Positions 52,101 to 64,000 of a stretch of 64,000 nucleotides of DNA are shown here, in pieces. The stretch's first letter is position 1. Each line of letters opens with the position of its first letter. The translations under genes were made by a program, and so were the position numbers. The stretch comes from Vicugna vicugna (lineage: Eukaryota). The stretch lies in assembly GCA_013265495.1 (NCBI GenBank), contig MU058636.1, positions 7,518,295-7,582,294 on the forward strand. Direction: 5' to 3'. Under the pieces are notes generated by a model. The model made no database searches. It saw nothing but the letters and a program-made list of their open reading frames with translations, and was not told where the DNA came from.

Positions 52101-53414
52101 AGACTGTCTACTCCCCAGTCGTTTCTGGTTCAGCATTGAGATCAGCTGTCGGTCTATGGGGGAAATAATGTGCACGGAGTTTTCACGGTGCCTGCAAAAT
52201 CGAGACCCGTTACTAGGGGTTTAAAAATGGCATGGAGTCTCCATAGTCATGGAATTCTTTAAAATTTGGCTAATATTTTGAAGGACACAAGAAAATAGCC
52301 TGAGACAGGATGCAAGAGGAGGAGGAATTCAGTGTTTTACAAAATATTTCGCTTCCACCACCCTTACATAGCCCACCGGAGGCAGGAGGGGGGAAGAAGT
52401 GGAAAGGAACACGTCTGCAGAGACTTCTTGGGCTAGACGGTTCAGCAGACCCCTTGCAGGACAAGTTTATCTGGGTCTTTAGAAGTCTGTTTCCCTGGAG
52501 GACTCAAGCCCACCTAGTTTACAATCTGACTTCTGGAAAATTTTGCTTTGAGCAAAAATGAAAACTGTTCTACAGTCTGATGAATAAAATTCAGCAGTGT
52601 TCAACATACTATGTAAGGTAATTGTGTGTATATGTATATCTTCCTGTTTTTTTGTTTTCAGAAAGGACATTATCCTGGGATGTAACAGCCACCTTGAAAA
52701 AACAGATGAGAGGTTTCTCTGTCTTCCATAGGAGTGTCATGTTTCCATGGTGATGAAAGCAGCTCTTGATACCTGATTAACCAAGGTGATCCCTGGGCTT
52801 CCTGCTTCCTCATTCCATGTAATAGAGAGACAGGCAGGAGGAAAGGGAAAGACAATGGCTTGGCTTGCCAGAAAGTTGGATACAAAAATTGCCGGGAGGC
52901 TCAGGTTTGGTCTCAAGATTTTGTTATGGGAGGTCAATGCCAAGTATTCAGAGAAAGGACATGTCTCCTATTGTTCATTATATTACAAAAGTGGCTTTCT
53001 GCTTTTAACAATCCCTGTAATTTTATAAACATGAAAATTTAATAAACGTGAGAAAGCACCTCCCTTCATACAAGCAGTTTTTATCTGCCATCGAGATAAA
53101 CTAAAGTGAGTGAAACACAACCTCACCTCCTTGGCTTTCCCTCTCCTTAGTTATTCCTCCTGAAAACTCCCCGGGTCTGCTCCCACCTTTGCATTTCCCC
53201 ACAACTATACTCTGGGCATGGGATGTTTTTACCCCATTGTCTGTCAATGTACCAAAGCAGTTTCGGAAACTTATCTCCTCGGCAAAACCTTCCTCCATCA
53301 CCCAGTGTGGCAGCAGGGATTCTCTCCACACTGACAGGTAGAGATTTAGGAGGCTGTGCTCCTCCCTCCTCCATCTCCTGACATCGGCCCTCAACATACA
53401 CGTGTTACAAATCT

Positions 53415-53795
53415 AACAGTGGCTCCCAAACCTGCTTGCACATGAGAATTATTCTATGTGGATTATTGGACCCTGTTTGATGGAATTAGAATCTCTGAGA
53501 TAGGAGCCCCCAAAACGCATGATTTTCAAAAACCTACAGGTGTTTCAGGTTTGGGAGTAAAAGGCACATAGTTTTAGTGTCTGTTCTGTTTTTGCGTCTC
53601 CTCTGGGTATCTGCACCCATTTATGTGCACTGGGTAAGCTTAAGAAGGAGAATCAGATGCCTGCAACACCTGGCAGTTTTGTTAAAGTGTGGATTCCCAG
53701 GCACCAGCCTGACCAAGCCTACCAGTGTGACCCTGTGGTGGCCCAGGAACTGGCATTTTAACGTGCTTCCCTCTCCACTCCCCAGATGATTTCCT
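53415..53795. mobile_element. Two MER5-like hAT-Charlie relics
   Basis: cagtggctcccaaacctgcttgcacatgagaatt...agaatctctgagataggagccc, and cctggcagttttgttaaa...gattcccaggc...ggcccaggaactggcattttaac...ccccagatgatt. Confidence 0.55.
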
Positions 53796-54054
53796 GTGTA
53801 GGAGACAAACCGGAATACCTATAGCTACCAGGCATGCCATTTCAACGAAGGAGGCAAGCTGGGTGGGAAGTGACCAGAGGGAACCTGATGCCCCGTACAA
53901 AGGGCCCGGAACTCCTTACCTGAGCAGTTTGCTGCTGTTTTGCCGTAGTAGAAATAGATCCGGTACTGCCTATGTTTTGAATTTTTCAGAAGCTAGACAT
54001 TCAGAGAAATTTAATTTCCTATGGGGGTTGAAAATTGAATGAAAATGATCTCAG

Positions 54055-54325
54055 AAGATACAAACTTCTGGTTATAAGATAAATAAGAATGTGGGATATA
54101 CTGTATCATATGATTAATATAATTAACACTGCTGTATATTATATATGAAAGTTATTAAGAGAGCAAATCCTAGGAATTCTCATCACAAGGAAAATTTTTG
54201 TTTCTTTTTCTTTGGTTTTGTATCTGTATGAGATGATGGAAGTTCACTAAACTTACTGTGGTCATCATTTCATAATGTATGTAAGTCAAGTCACGATGCT
54301 GTACACCTTAAACTTATACAGAGTG
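54055..54325 (+). mobile_element. L1MA10/L1MB1-like 3' UTR fragment
   Basis: atacaaacttctggttataagataaataag...aattaacactgctgtat...gaaagttattaagagag...ttctcatcacaagga...gctgtacaccttaaacttatacag. Confidence 0.75.
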
Positions 54326-55589
54326 TTGCCTGACCAGGTGACTTCTCACAATGAATTATAATAGAATTTGCGGGGTTAGAAGGCCCTCCTGGGTCATCCA
54401 GGCCAATCCTACCACTTAAATGTTCCCCCGACCCAGATTGATGACACCCTGAACTACATCACCGCTCATCCAGATCTCCCACCTGTGCTGCACAAATCTG
54501 AAATATCTTATAAACACCCTTTCTCTGATGTCAAATGGGTCCCTAAGTGCTCGACTCTGTCTCCCACTTTCCTTTCTCATAGTCATCACGCACGTTCAGG
54601 CGCTTACTTCCTCTTGGCATCTCATTCCCCCAGGTAACCATCCAAGCACCTGCTCATCCATCCATCCAACCAACTGGCAAGATGGCTGATAGTGAGGGTA
54701 TAGAAATGAAGAAGGCTACGTCCCACTCAAGGATACATCTCATAATTTGCTGGGGCCACAGAAAGGGCTCAATAAATATTTGTTTCTGCCCTTACTCCCC
54801 GTCAGACAGGAACAGGACTGCTAAAAGCACCAGTGTGAAGCCAGCAAGCCACCATCTTCTAGACAAACTCCTAGCACCCTTTTCCTTGTGGAAACAACAC
54901 TGCAACCGTCTCAGGACCAGCCAACCTGATTTCACAAAGGAAAATCCTACCCTTTTTACTGGTTGAGGCTCACAAACCCTTCCTCCCTGGCTGAGAGTTG
55001 AACTTCCTTGGAAGAGCATAATTTATTAAAGGTGAAATTCCAGAATTAGAAATGAACTTGGACACCTGCATGAAGGATCATGGGAAGCAGCTTTGGGGGA
55101 AAATGACTCTGGGAGCCTCCTCTTCATGTTGAAAGGAAAAGGGGGATCGACAATAGCAAGCAGACAGGACCCATGGGTCACCTCTCTAGGTTGAATTCCC
55201 AGCCACAGGCTGTCTCTCATGGTCCATGTGTGGATTTAGGGAAACCCTGACACAAAGAAAAAGTCCCAGTAAAAATTAAGACCAGCTGTCAACACAGGAA
55301 GTCATCCCAGTGCTCAAAATACCTCAACAGGTTCTCCTACAACGCCAAAGCAGGTACCACTCCCCAAAGCAAGAGTCAAACACACATTTATAATAATAAG
55401 CATAGAATCTTAGTTGGAAACTTCTAGTTCCTTTATAAAGTTTGTCAAACATCCACAAATTCCATCATCATCACATCCTCAAAGAAAAGTTATACAATTG
55501 AACATGAAAATTAGGCCATGCCTACCTAAAGTAATTTTTAAACTTCTCAAAAATCTAGTAAAATTAAATTCCCTAAGTAGTAATACTAA

Positions 55590-56414
55590 AAGGGGGAACA
55601 CGTATTTATTAAGCAGAACAAAAATGAGTTACCATTTTCAGGGTCAAAACTGAATAACTTCTTTAACAATAAAACTTATATTATGATAAGAACATTTCAG
55701 TGAAATATAAAACAAACATTTTTCTCCCCTAATTTCCAGCCGTCTTTTCTAATGCCTTATAGGGAGGAGATGAAAAACAAAGACCTGCTAGTCTGTAACT
55801 AAAGATCCAGAAAGAAAAATTCACCTAGTAGCTATCATTTCACTCAAGCGATGGTGAAATACAGAAACAAACACGTCAATTTATTCATTAGTAGTCAAGT
55901 GAGGAGGTAAGCACTTCTCCCAAACTAATGGTGAGTAACAAAGGGAGCTCTCTAAAATGTCAGACTAGAAAAAACAGCACCTAGAAGAAAGGGACAGTAA
56001 TTCACAGAGATACTAAAAATAAGAATCAAATTGCAGTATCCGTGACACCAGAGTATCAACGCACTTTATCAGGTCTCCACGAATCTTCTTTACAGTGTAC
56101 TTTTCGCATAAATTGTGGGATGTTTTTCGAGAGAGAAGGAGTCTAGGTCACCTAGGCCGTTTGTTCTTGTGACACCTGGGCTGGGGGACATCCAAGTACG
56201 TGTAAAGATGAGTGAGGTGTGTGGTGAACACTTTGGCTGCCTGTCTTTCTATCTGCAGAAGCTTCTAGCACCTTTATCAGAAGCCAAACCAGGCAAACGC
56301 TTTTGATATTAGGTCTCTGAGTGTAGCTTTCGAGAGCATTCTTTGTTCCATCTTCCTGCATTGTCAAACGGCACCCAATGGGTGGTCTAGAGTGTGAATT
56401 TCAAACATGTGCTA
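55590..56414 (-). other. SOHLH2: SOHLH2 3' UTR with candidate poly(A) signals
   Basis: AT-rich, repeat-poor sequence after the stop, with minus-strand AATAAA at 55880-55885 and 55605-55610. The true 3' end cannot be fixed from sequence alone. Confidence 0.55.
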
Positions 56415-56435
56415 TTAATACGCCCAAAACTGTTG
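56415..56435 (-). CDS. SOHLH2: SOHLH2 last exon, coding part (QQFWAY-stop)
   Basis: A long poly-T tract, then cacctttgcAG|CAA CAG TTT TGG GCG TAT TAA. The C-terminus QQFWAY matches SOHLH2. Confidence 0.9.
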   Translation of the reverse strand, partial: QQFWAY

Positions 56436-57853
56436 CTGCAAAGGTGAAAAAAAAAAACCACATTAATTGAATCCTGTCCGGTTCTTACCCATAATGTCAC
56501 AAATATATTTTCTATGTCCTAAAGCAACAGGAGATGATTTGTTAAAACAGTGAGATCTTCAGGTGAATACACCTACAGATTGTAAAATACATATTTTTAT
56601 TGCTATTAAAAGTAATTATATTCTTATAACAATTCTCCAACAAAAACTACACATAGCAACTGTAGGTCACAATAAAAAAATAATGCTGCAATCATTTTTT
56701 TTCATGTATCCTGGTTTTCCTGCTGGCATATACTAGTGATCATTAGCAACAGTATTATATCTGTGGATACTTTATGTTTTAAAATTTCTAATTCTCTACA
56801 GAATATTTTTCTCATCCACGCTTTTTGGGAAAGTCACTATTATTCTCATTTTATAGATGTTATATGGAAACAACAGTACCTACCTCAAAGGGTTGTGTCA
56901 AAGATTCATTAGATCACCCACAGTAAGTACATAGGGGGTTTGGCACATTACTTATTTGAGTGCTCAAAACATGTTAATGATATGAATACACAAAAGTATC
57001 AATAGTTATATTAAAGCTACCAGAGTCCATTTTAAGCAGGCCAGTCTGGTTCGGGTCTTTCTCTAGAACCGGACGATTCTTTCACAAAATGAAGATACCA
57101 CTGTTTGTATACGCTGATCCACCTGCCTGGAATGTGTTTCCCTCCCTCACTCCCAACTCCTAACCACTCTCCCAGGCTAGTTCCTATTCCTTGGATCTCA
57201 GCTGAGACACTGCTTCTTCCAGGGGCAAACCGTCCCAGATCTCGCCCACATCATATTGCCTTACACACCCTGGGCGCTCCTCCTGCGTGCTCCAGTGCAC
57301 ATCACAACCGTCTCCTTCTACGCCTGCTACCCTACGAGACTCAAGCTTCACAAGGGCAGGGACCCTGTCTATCTACAGACATGACAATCTCGGTGGTTGG
57401 CACGATGCTACGACATGCTGGGTGCTCAATAGCTATCTGTGGTATGAGGACATCTGGGATCTGAAATCAACCTGGTTGGCGTTGGAAGAACAGGTTTTCA
57501 TGCAGTGAGTGACCGCTGCCACCTAAGAGGTGAGCAGCAGCCAGCCGTGGGTCCAGTGGAGGGTGAGGCTGGTGAAATGGGATGTGGCATCGTAAAAGTG
57601 GGTGGGGGTGGGGGGAGAGGATCTAGAGGACAGTAGGTTCTATCTGGTCACTTGAGGTCACACCAGCAGAGCCACATCCAGATTCACCAATTCTGGGGAT
57701 CTAGAGACCAGTCCTGCAGCCTGGGGAACGAGAGCCGGGTGACTCCCCTGAACCCGGTCTAAGAGATTTCCGACCAGAGTACCGACAACACAGCGCAAGT
57801 CAGGAGCCCCCGCTGGCTGGGATGCGATCTAACCCACAGACCTGGGGACTTAC

Positions 57854-58110
57854 CAGACAGTTGGGATGTGCTGTGCACGTCTGGCCCAACACAGAATTGC
57901 AGTGCTGAGGAAGAAACTTCGAGACTTTGGCCACCGCTGTTGGAAAATGAACCGAAATGTTCTGATTTGTTACAGCAGCTGTGTCACAGGAAGGGATGAG
58001 TGCAGAGTAGTATCTGACAGCATGGAAGGAATTGAGAGAGAGCGCTGTGCTGGGAATTCGCGTTTTATATGTATCAGCAGCAGCATCCTCTGAAGTGGAG
58101 CTGGACTGAC
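57854..58110 (-). CDS. SOHLH2: SOHLH2 penultimate coding exon
   Basis: Acceptor ttctctcttttttactaaAG|, donor |GTAAGT, 257 nt. Translates (G)QSSSTSEDAAADTYKTRIPSTALSLNSFHAVRYYSALIPSCDTAAVTNQNISVHFPTAVAKVSKFLPQHCNSVLGQTCTAHPNCL. Read by hand; it is not in the ORF track. Confidence 0.92.
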
Positions 58111-60686
58111 CTTTAGTAAAAAAGAGAGAAAATATCCGTCAGTTTACACAAACCTGTAACCCTGAACTACTGTATTTGAAATAAATTAACCTCTATTTCA
58201 TTTCCAAACTTATGCTACTGCTACACTCAAATGCTGATGAAAACGCAAAGTAAACTTCCTGGTAGTGACATTCAGTGCAATACACACACCATAAATTGGC
58301 GTTTGCATGTCACTAAAAGACAGAGATTCTAGAGAAGCATCAGATCTCTATGCCTTTGTGTGTGTGTCTTTCATCACTGTGACCACCCTCCAGCCACAAA
58401 TAAAGTTTGGTCATTGATTTTCTATCAGTGAAGTGGGTTATTCTATCATTATGTAGCTATGTTCTGTATAGTAACATGGCAGAAAATTTTTTAATCTATG
58501 ATGCATATTAACAATATAATCTCAACACTGTGAACACCTATTTATTTTCTTCTGGACACAGACAGTAATGAAAGTAAAGTAATATAATTTTATCTCTAAA
58601 TGTAAATGCATCTGGAATATTTGTGAAAAATCATTTCAGTAAGAGTGTACAGAGATTTATGGAAAAGGGCAAGTGGAGGCAGCCTAATGAAGTCTAAGAG
58701 CTGAAGGAAATCAGCACTTCTGGGTGACAGATCAGATTTAGCACAGGATCCAGGGGACGTCAGGTGGCCATTTAACTCCTCCAGCCTTCAGTTTACTGAC
58801 GTAGCTGGTGACAGTGAAATCTGGAAGACTTAACTGATTTCAACTGTTCCAATCCTCTTTCAAAAACCGTCTGGCAAAGTGCACTACCAGCTACACACGT
58901 GCTCACGCTCCCAGACTCATTCATCACATGCTCCCAGGCATCTAGCCCAAGGAAATGTCCAAAATATAGAAAAATCTACATATGGGGAAATATTTTCTAT
59001 TATACAATGTATAAAATCACTCTCCCCACAAAACTGGAAACACTAAACAGGCAGGCGACTAAGAAAACTACCCTATTAAATCATTGGATAAACTACCAAA
59101 AGCATTAAAATAGTAATGAGGGCTGCATAATATAAAATTAAAATGTACAGGACACAATGTTAAGTAAAAAGGCAAAGATGGAATTGGAGGTCCAATATGA
59201 TTACTACTGTAGTACCACCTATAGAAAAAGACTTGGAGGAAACGCATAAGAAATGAACACAGTTATTATCTCAGCTGGGCTTTGGCAAAGGATTAATTGT
59301 TGCTTTCCAAATGGAAAAATGTATAGAAATAAAATCAAAATGGAGGTTTTGACTCAATGACCTTCAAGGTCTCCTCCAGTCTGAATCTGCCAAAAGCCTA
59401 TGTCCTAGAATATTTGTGTCTTCCCAGGAGCAGTCACTTCAGATGATGCAAAACCAAGACATCCCCAGGCACAGAATGGCCCAAACTCACTGCCACGACA
59501 AGACTGTTTCTGAGTTTCTGCAGAATGCAAATAGTGGGGATGTGGAAGTAATTTCCGTGTGTACAAGAAGCAACACTGACAGGCACATGCCTGTGGCCTG
59601 ACCTCCATCTGATTTAGTCCAAGCTGATGTAATCATTTTCTGTGCCATTCAGCCATAGCTAGCATAGCAGATTAACCATGGGTCATGGCTACTTTTTTCC
59701 TGGTCTCTTCCCCTCTCCCCTAAGTCAGGAGAAAAGTTTAACTTGACTAATAAACACCCTGAGGCTGATCTGATTACATGAACGAGGGGGATGTCCTTCT
59801 CTGGGCCCCTTTCTCTTTTGACTTTAGGCCCCATCCCCAGTAATCTAGCTTGTTCCCGTGGTTTCCACTCTGTCCCCATACCATGCACGGTACCTTGATG
59901 GCAGTATTTCAAGCACTAAATGAGTCACATTTTGCTTTGTGAACCTCCGCTGCTCATCTGCGAGCTCGCTAAGAACAAGTGCACCTTGTTTGTCCTCGTG
60001 TCCCCGTCCTTGAGGCAGAAACACGTCAGCTGAGAGCTAGGGGATGACTGGAGGTTAACCAGGTGTGGGGGGGGGCTGGAGGGGGCGTCCTGTCTGCCCT
60101 GTCACCCAGCATCTAACACGCAGGATATGTGCTCACTCCCTTACTGGTTTCTCAGCGAAGTGTAACCCGTGGGAATATACACTGAAAGCCACAAACTGGC
60201 AGCTGTGTCCTTTTACCCTGGCTCTGCTTTCTTCCATCTCCTTATTTCTGCAAGTACGCGGGCATGCCTAGACTTTATAACACACGTAGCAAAAACGCTT
60301 CACGCTGGGTAAATATTCACAATAAATGTTCATGTAACACATGTTTCTTGATCACCTACTGTGAGCTGGTCATTGCTTTAGGTACCAGAAATACAGCAAT
60401 GAACAAAATGGGCAAAAAAAACCCCAAAAAACCCCGTCCTCATGGCATTGATATTCTAGGGGCAGAAGACAGGCAATAAAAATATGCAAGTAAAGAATAT
60501 TAGGAGGTGATAAATGCCATGAAGGAAAATACAGCAGGGAGAGTGGATAAGGGGTTCCACGTGTTATGGGATGCTGGGAGGGAGTGTGCAGTTTTAATTG
60601 GGTGACTAAGAAAGACTCACTGAGAAGGTGACAATTAAGCAAAGATATGAAGGACAGAAGTAAATTAATACGTTAAATGCTCAGTA

Positions 60687-61165
60687 CAGGCAAACCTCGT
60701 TTTGTAGTGCTTTGCAGACAGAAATTGCTGTTTTGTTTTTTTTGTTTAACAAACTGAAGGCTTGTGGCAGCCCCACACTGAGCAAGTCTATAGGTGTCAT
60801 TTTCCCAATAGCATTTGCTCACTCCATGTCTCTGTGTCACATTTGGATAATTCCCACGATATCTGAAACCTTTTCATTATTGTATTTGTTATAGTGATCT
60901 GTGATTGGTGATCTCTGATGTTACTACTGCTACTCACTGAAGGCTCAGATGATGGTTAACATTTTATAGTAGTATTTTTAATTACGGTATATACATTGGT
61001 TTTTTAGACATAAGGCTATTGCATAGTTAATAGACTATGAGATAGCATAAACATAACTTTTATATACACTGGGAAACCAAAAACGTGTGTGACTTGCTTT
61101 ATCGTGATACTCGCTTTATTGCAGTGGTCTGAAACTGAACTCACAACATCTCCTAGGTCTGCCTG
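60687..61165 (+). mobile_element. Internally deleted Tigger1 derivative (MITE, Tigger1a-like), 479 bp, in a SOHLH2 intron
   Basis: TA|CAGGCAAACCTCG ... CTAGGTCTGCCTG|TA gives terminal inverted repeats with a TA target duplication. The left and right Tigger1 ends are fused near 60930. Confidence 0.88.
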
Positions 61166-61467
61166 TACGTGGCTAGTTCTGAATGAATGTGAATATTTCC
61201 CTTCCCTTTAGATTCTAGTCATATGATAGTCACCAGGGTGCTTCTGGTAACGACAGTCAGTTTTGAGCCAAATTTCTGGGATAACACTATTGAAATGCCG
61301 GTGGTCAGCTGTGTACGTCAAGCAGCCAGCACCAGAGGACTCAGCCCACATCTCCCAGCTACGCTCCACCCCCTGGTGATGGCAGCGTCTGCACAGGAGC
61401 CCGGGGCCAGCAGGACGCCCGCAGACCCGCACACTGCAGCCGCACACGGGCTTCGGGCGGAGCTCAC

Positions 61468-61589
61468 CTCTCACAGCCTCATCCGAGGAGCCCCCAGAGG
61501 CAGGAACGGAGTACACATTCAAGCACTTATTAGACAGGAATCTGATGCCTCTCACAGGTGAGTAAGTGCTTGTCAACACGCTGTTTTCC
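61468..61589 (-). CDS. SOHLH2: SOHLH2 internal exon
   Basis: Acceptor ttctgtccttttaAG|, donor |GTGAGC, 122 nt. Translates (R)ENSVLTSTYSPVRGIRFLSNKCLNVYSVPASGGSSDEAVR(G); phases match both neighbours. Confidence 0.92.
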
Positions 61590-62243
61590 CTTAAAAGGAC
61601 AGAAAACATACTTTACGCATTTCTCGAGAAAAAAGGTAACAATGCTGCTGAGCTGAACTCCTCGTCTATCATTCAAGTTCTAAAAAGCACAGACAGAGCC
61701 TAAACTCTGGATCAAATACAAGAACAAACCGTACAACAGGACTTATGCTGGTTCTCTAGGATGTGGAGGAATGTGATTTACTTTTCCTGTATAGTTTTTG
61801 TTTACACATTCTAGTAAATTTAAATAAGGAAGCACTCACTCGGCACATCGCACCTTGGCCATTCGTGTAGGGACTTCTAAGTGGAGTGCAGCTGGACGGC
61901 TCCAGGGCCCTGCCCTCCGGAGACAGAGGGAAGCTAGACCCATCGGCCCGACTGCACTGCCAGTCACAGCAGCCACTGCTTGTAAAGCCCCTTTTCTAGG
62001 ATCCTCAGAAACCACAAAAGGGCTAAGAGTGAGTCAAGCGAGGAAAGGATCACGGGCCTGAGACTATTACACATCCTACGACTGTGATTAAATGACACAC
62101 GTCAGCAACAGGAAAAGTCCACTGGTTCTTAATAAACACCCGAGTTGTCATTATGCGTGCGCTCAGCGCCTGCCTCATGTCCAGCGTTACTACCAGAGGA
62201 GAGTAACAAGCCGACTTCAGATTCCCAAGTGCCCTCAACGTAC

Positions 62244-62335
62244 CTTTGTGCCATGATCGTGCCCGGGACGGACAGCTGGATGGGCATCTGTTGTTTCTTA
62301 CAAAACCTCCTATTGCTCTGAAGTGCCTCTGTAAT
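62244..62335 (-). CDS. SOHLH2: SOHLH2 internal exon
   Basis: Acceptor ctattttttttAG|, donor |GTACGT, 92 nt. Translates ITEALQSNRRFCKKQQMPIQLSVPGTIMAQ(R), in frame with the preceding exon. Confidence 0.93.
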
Positions 62336-62479
62336 CTAAAAAAAATAGAGAGAGAGATGTATTTAGATAGCCATATTTTTTCGTATATAAACACATATAC
62401 ATTTCCACTAATAAAAAAATTAGGAAGTATTAAAGCATTGTCTTTGAGGATAAAATTCAAGGGCTGGAGAGCGGAACAC

Positions 62480-62627
62480 CTGGCCCATAACGGCTGAAGG
62501 GATTTTCTCCCGGACAAACTTCACATAATCGACCGTTGCCTCGAGGATGGAAGCCGCGTCACTCTTTCTCCCCTTTATGTACGGCAGCAGGGTGCGCAGC
62601 TGCTCACAGCAGTACTTGATCCGTTCT
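62480..62627 (-). CDS. SOHLH2: SOHLH2 internal exon encoding the helix-loop-helix part of the bHLH domain
   Basis: Acceptor attctctcctcAG|, donor |GTGTTC, 148 nt. Translates (R)ERIKYCCEQLRTLLPYIKGRKSDAASILEATVDYVKFVREKIPSAVMGQ, matching the SOHLH2 bHLH. Upstream exons lie outside the window. Confidence 0.95.
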
Positions 62628-64000
62628 CTGAGGAGAGAATTGTGACAAATGAGGAACAGCCTAGCTTCTTCCTTGTGCACAAGGACAGATGATCCTTCTT
62701 CCTGAGCTTGCTCATAAAGGAACTGCCCCCTCCCACTCTAGTCTGTTTCCCCACAAGCCAGAAGCCTCCACAGCCCCTGGAATCACAACTTCCCGGGGCA
62801 CCGGACAGTGTCTGCGCTGACGACAGCCCCAGCTCACTGCCCAGTGAGTGTGCAGGATGCCCAGACACGGGGAACACCAGAGAACACGCCCGCTGCCTGT
62901 GGAAACCTATAGACAACACTTCCCTCACGGGAGAGAATCAAACACTCCACACATACATCCTTTTGTGAGCCACACTCGAAGGCGAAGAGTCCTCAGGATT
63001 GTCATGTCACTGTGACCTGGACCACATTTCCCACAATATATCAATTAGCACCTTGTTACACAAGGGCTTTACCTGTGTTCTGAGCCAAAGGAAAATCAGA
63101 AGCCTGCTTCCTTTGCACCAGGTAGGTGTGGACAGAACAAATAAATCAGTATGCGAATGAGGACATCGTCCAGGCTCATATCACAAAGAAACTAACCTAA
63201 GTCTTTCATAGTTCTAAAGGGAAATACGTAGGAAATAAAACTCTAAATTGATCTAAGCCTTTGGGACCTTCAATTATCCATGTGTTCATTTAATAAATGC
63301 TATTAAGCACCTGTTTGTGCTGAATACTGCCTTGACGTATGTAGGATCAGATGGTGGCTCTGCCAATTACTGGCCAGGACCTTTGGCAAGTTACCAATCC
63401 CCTCTGAACCTCAGAATGGCAAAAATAGATTAATTACTTAAAAAATCCACTTCGACACACAGCCAGTGAATAACTCAAATATGCCAGATTAGCGGGTGGT
63501 GTTCTAATTAGGCTCTGAGGAACTTTGGGGTCCTGTGGAGATGTCTCCGGGACCATCCTGTAAGGAAAGGGAGGGAAGGTTTGACAGTGTGTATGAAGGG
63601 CTTTGAAACGTCATATACTCTCCAACATGGCACTTTCACTGCCCAGGGTGCCACACACGGAACAAACTTTCTGTAAAATGATATCCATTGCAGGCCTCTA
63701 TCAGTCAGATATGAAAAACAGTCTAAACACACAACACAAGTGGATGCTTACATTTAGCTGGGGAGAATATTACCTGGCAGTGGGAATAATATGCTACAAA
63801 ACTAACTGGGGGAAAGTAGGATATTTCTACAGGATACAAGTGTAAGATAATAAGACAGCATATAAAACATGATCATGTTAGCGCAAAAAAAAGAGCAAAA
63901 AGAAAGACTGAGAGCAAAAATGTCAAGTAACCATGAGTTTTGGATGGCTGGGCTACAGAAAATATTATTTTCTTGCTTTTATTGCCTACATTTTCTAAGT

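Noticed and set aside
62628..64000. Search for the upstream SOHLH2 exon encoding the basic region
   Set aside because: No matching exon found. The ORF extension MHKEEARLFLICHNSLL is intronic sequence upstream of the acceptor.
1..64000. Prokaryote-type systems (CRISPR arrays, operons, defence islands), numts, processed pseudogenes
   Set aside because: The sequence is intron-rich mammalian DNA. I saw no regularly spaced repeat array, no long intronless ORF and no mitochondrial-like segment, though small degenerate relics could be missed without a database search.

Overview
Mammalian (eutherian) genomic DNA, most likely a camelid judging by tRNA-Ala-derived Vic-1-like SINEs and cetartiodactyl-type L1 3' ends. 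It carries two tandem minus-strand genes. One is the 3' half of SOHLH2: five coding exons from the bHLH exon to the stop at 56415, then the 3' UTR. The other, about 27 kb downstream, is the 5' end of DCLK1: a CpG-island promoter, non-coding exon 1 (~28283-28460) and two coding exons (23248-23623, 9256-9602) for the tandem doublecortin domains. All exons have GT-AG boundaries and join in frame. The rest is intron or intergenic DNA rich in repeats (L1, L2, MIR, MaLR/ERV LTRs, Tigger-type DNA transposons, SINEs, microsatellites). I see no convincing new gene or biological system. The most interesting leads are a DCLK1 5' leader that stays open in frame with the CDS through two same-phase donors, a short uORF, a possible transposon-supplied intronic poly(A) isoform of SOHLH2, and several unusual L1 insertion structures. 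Repeat family names and orthologue comparisons come from recalled consensus sequences, not from a search.
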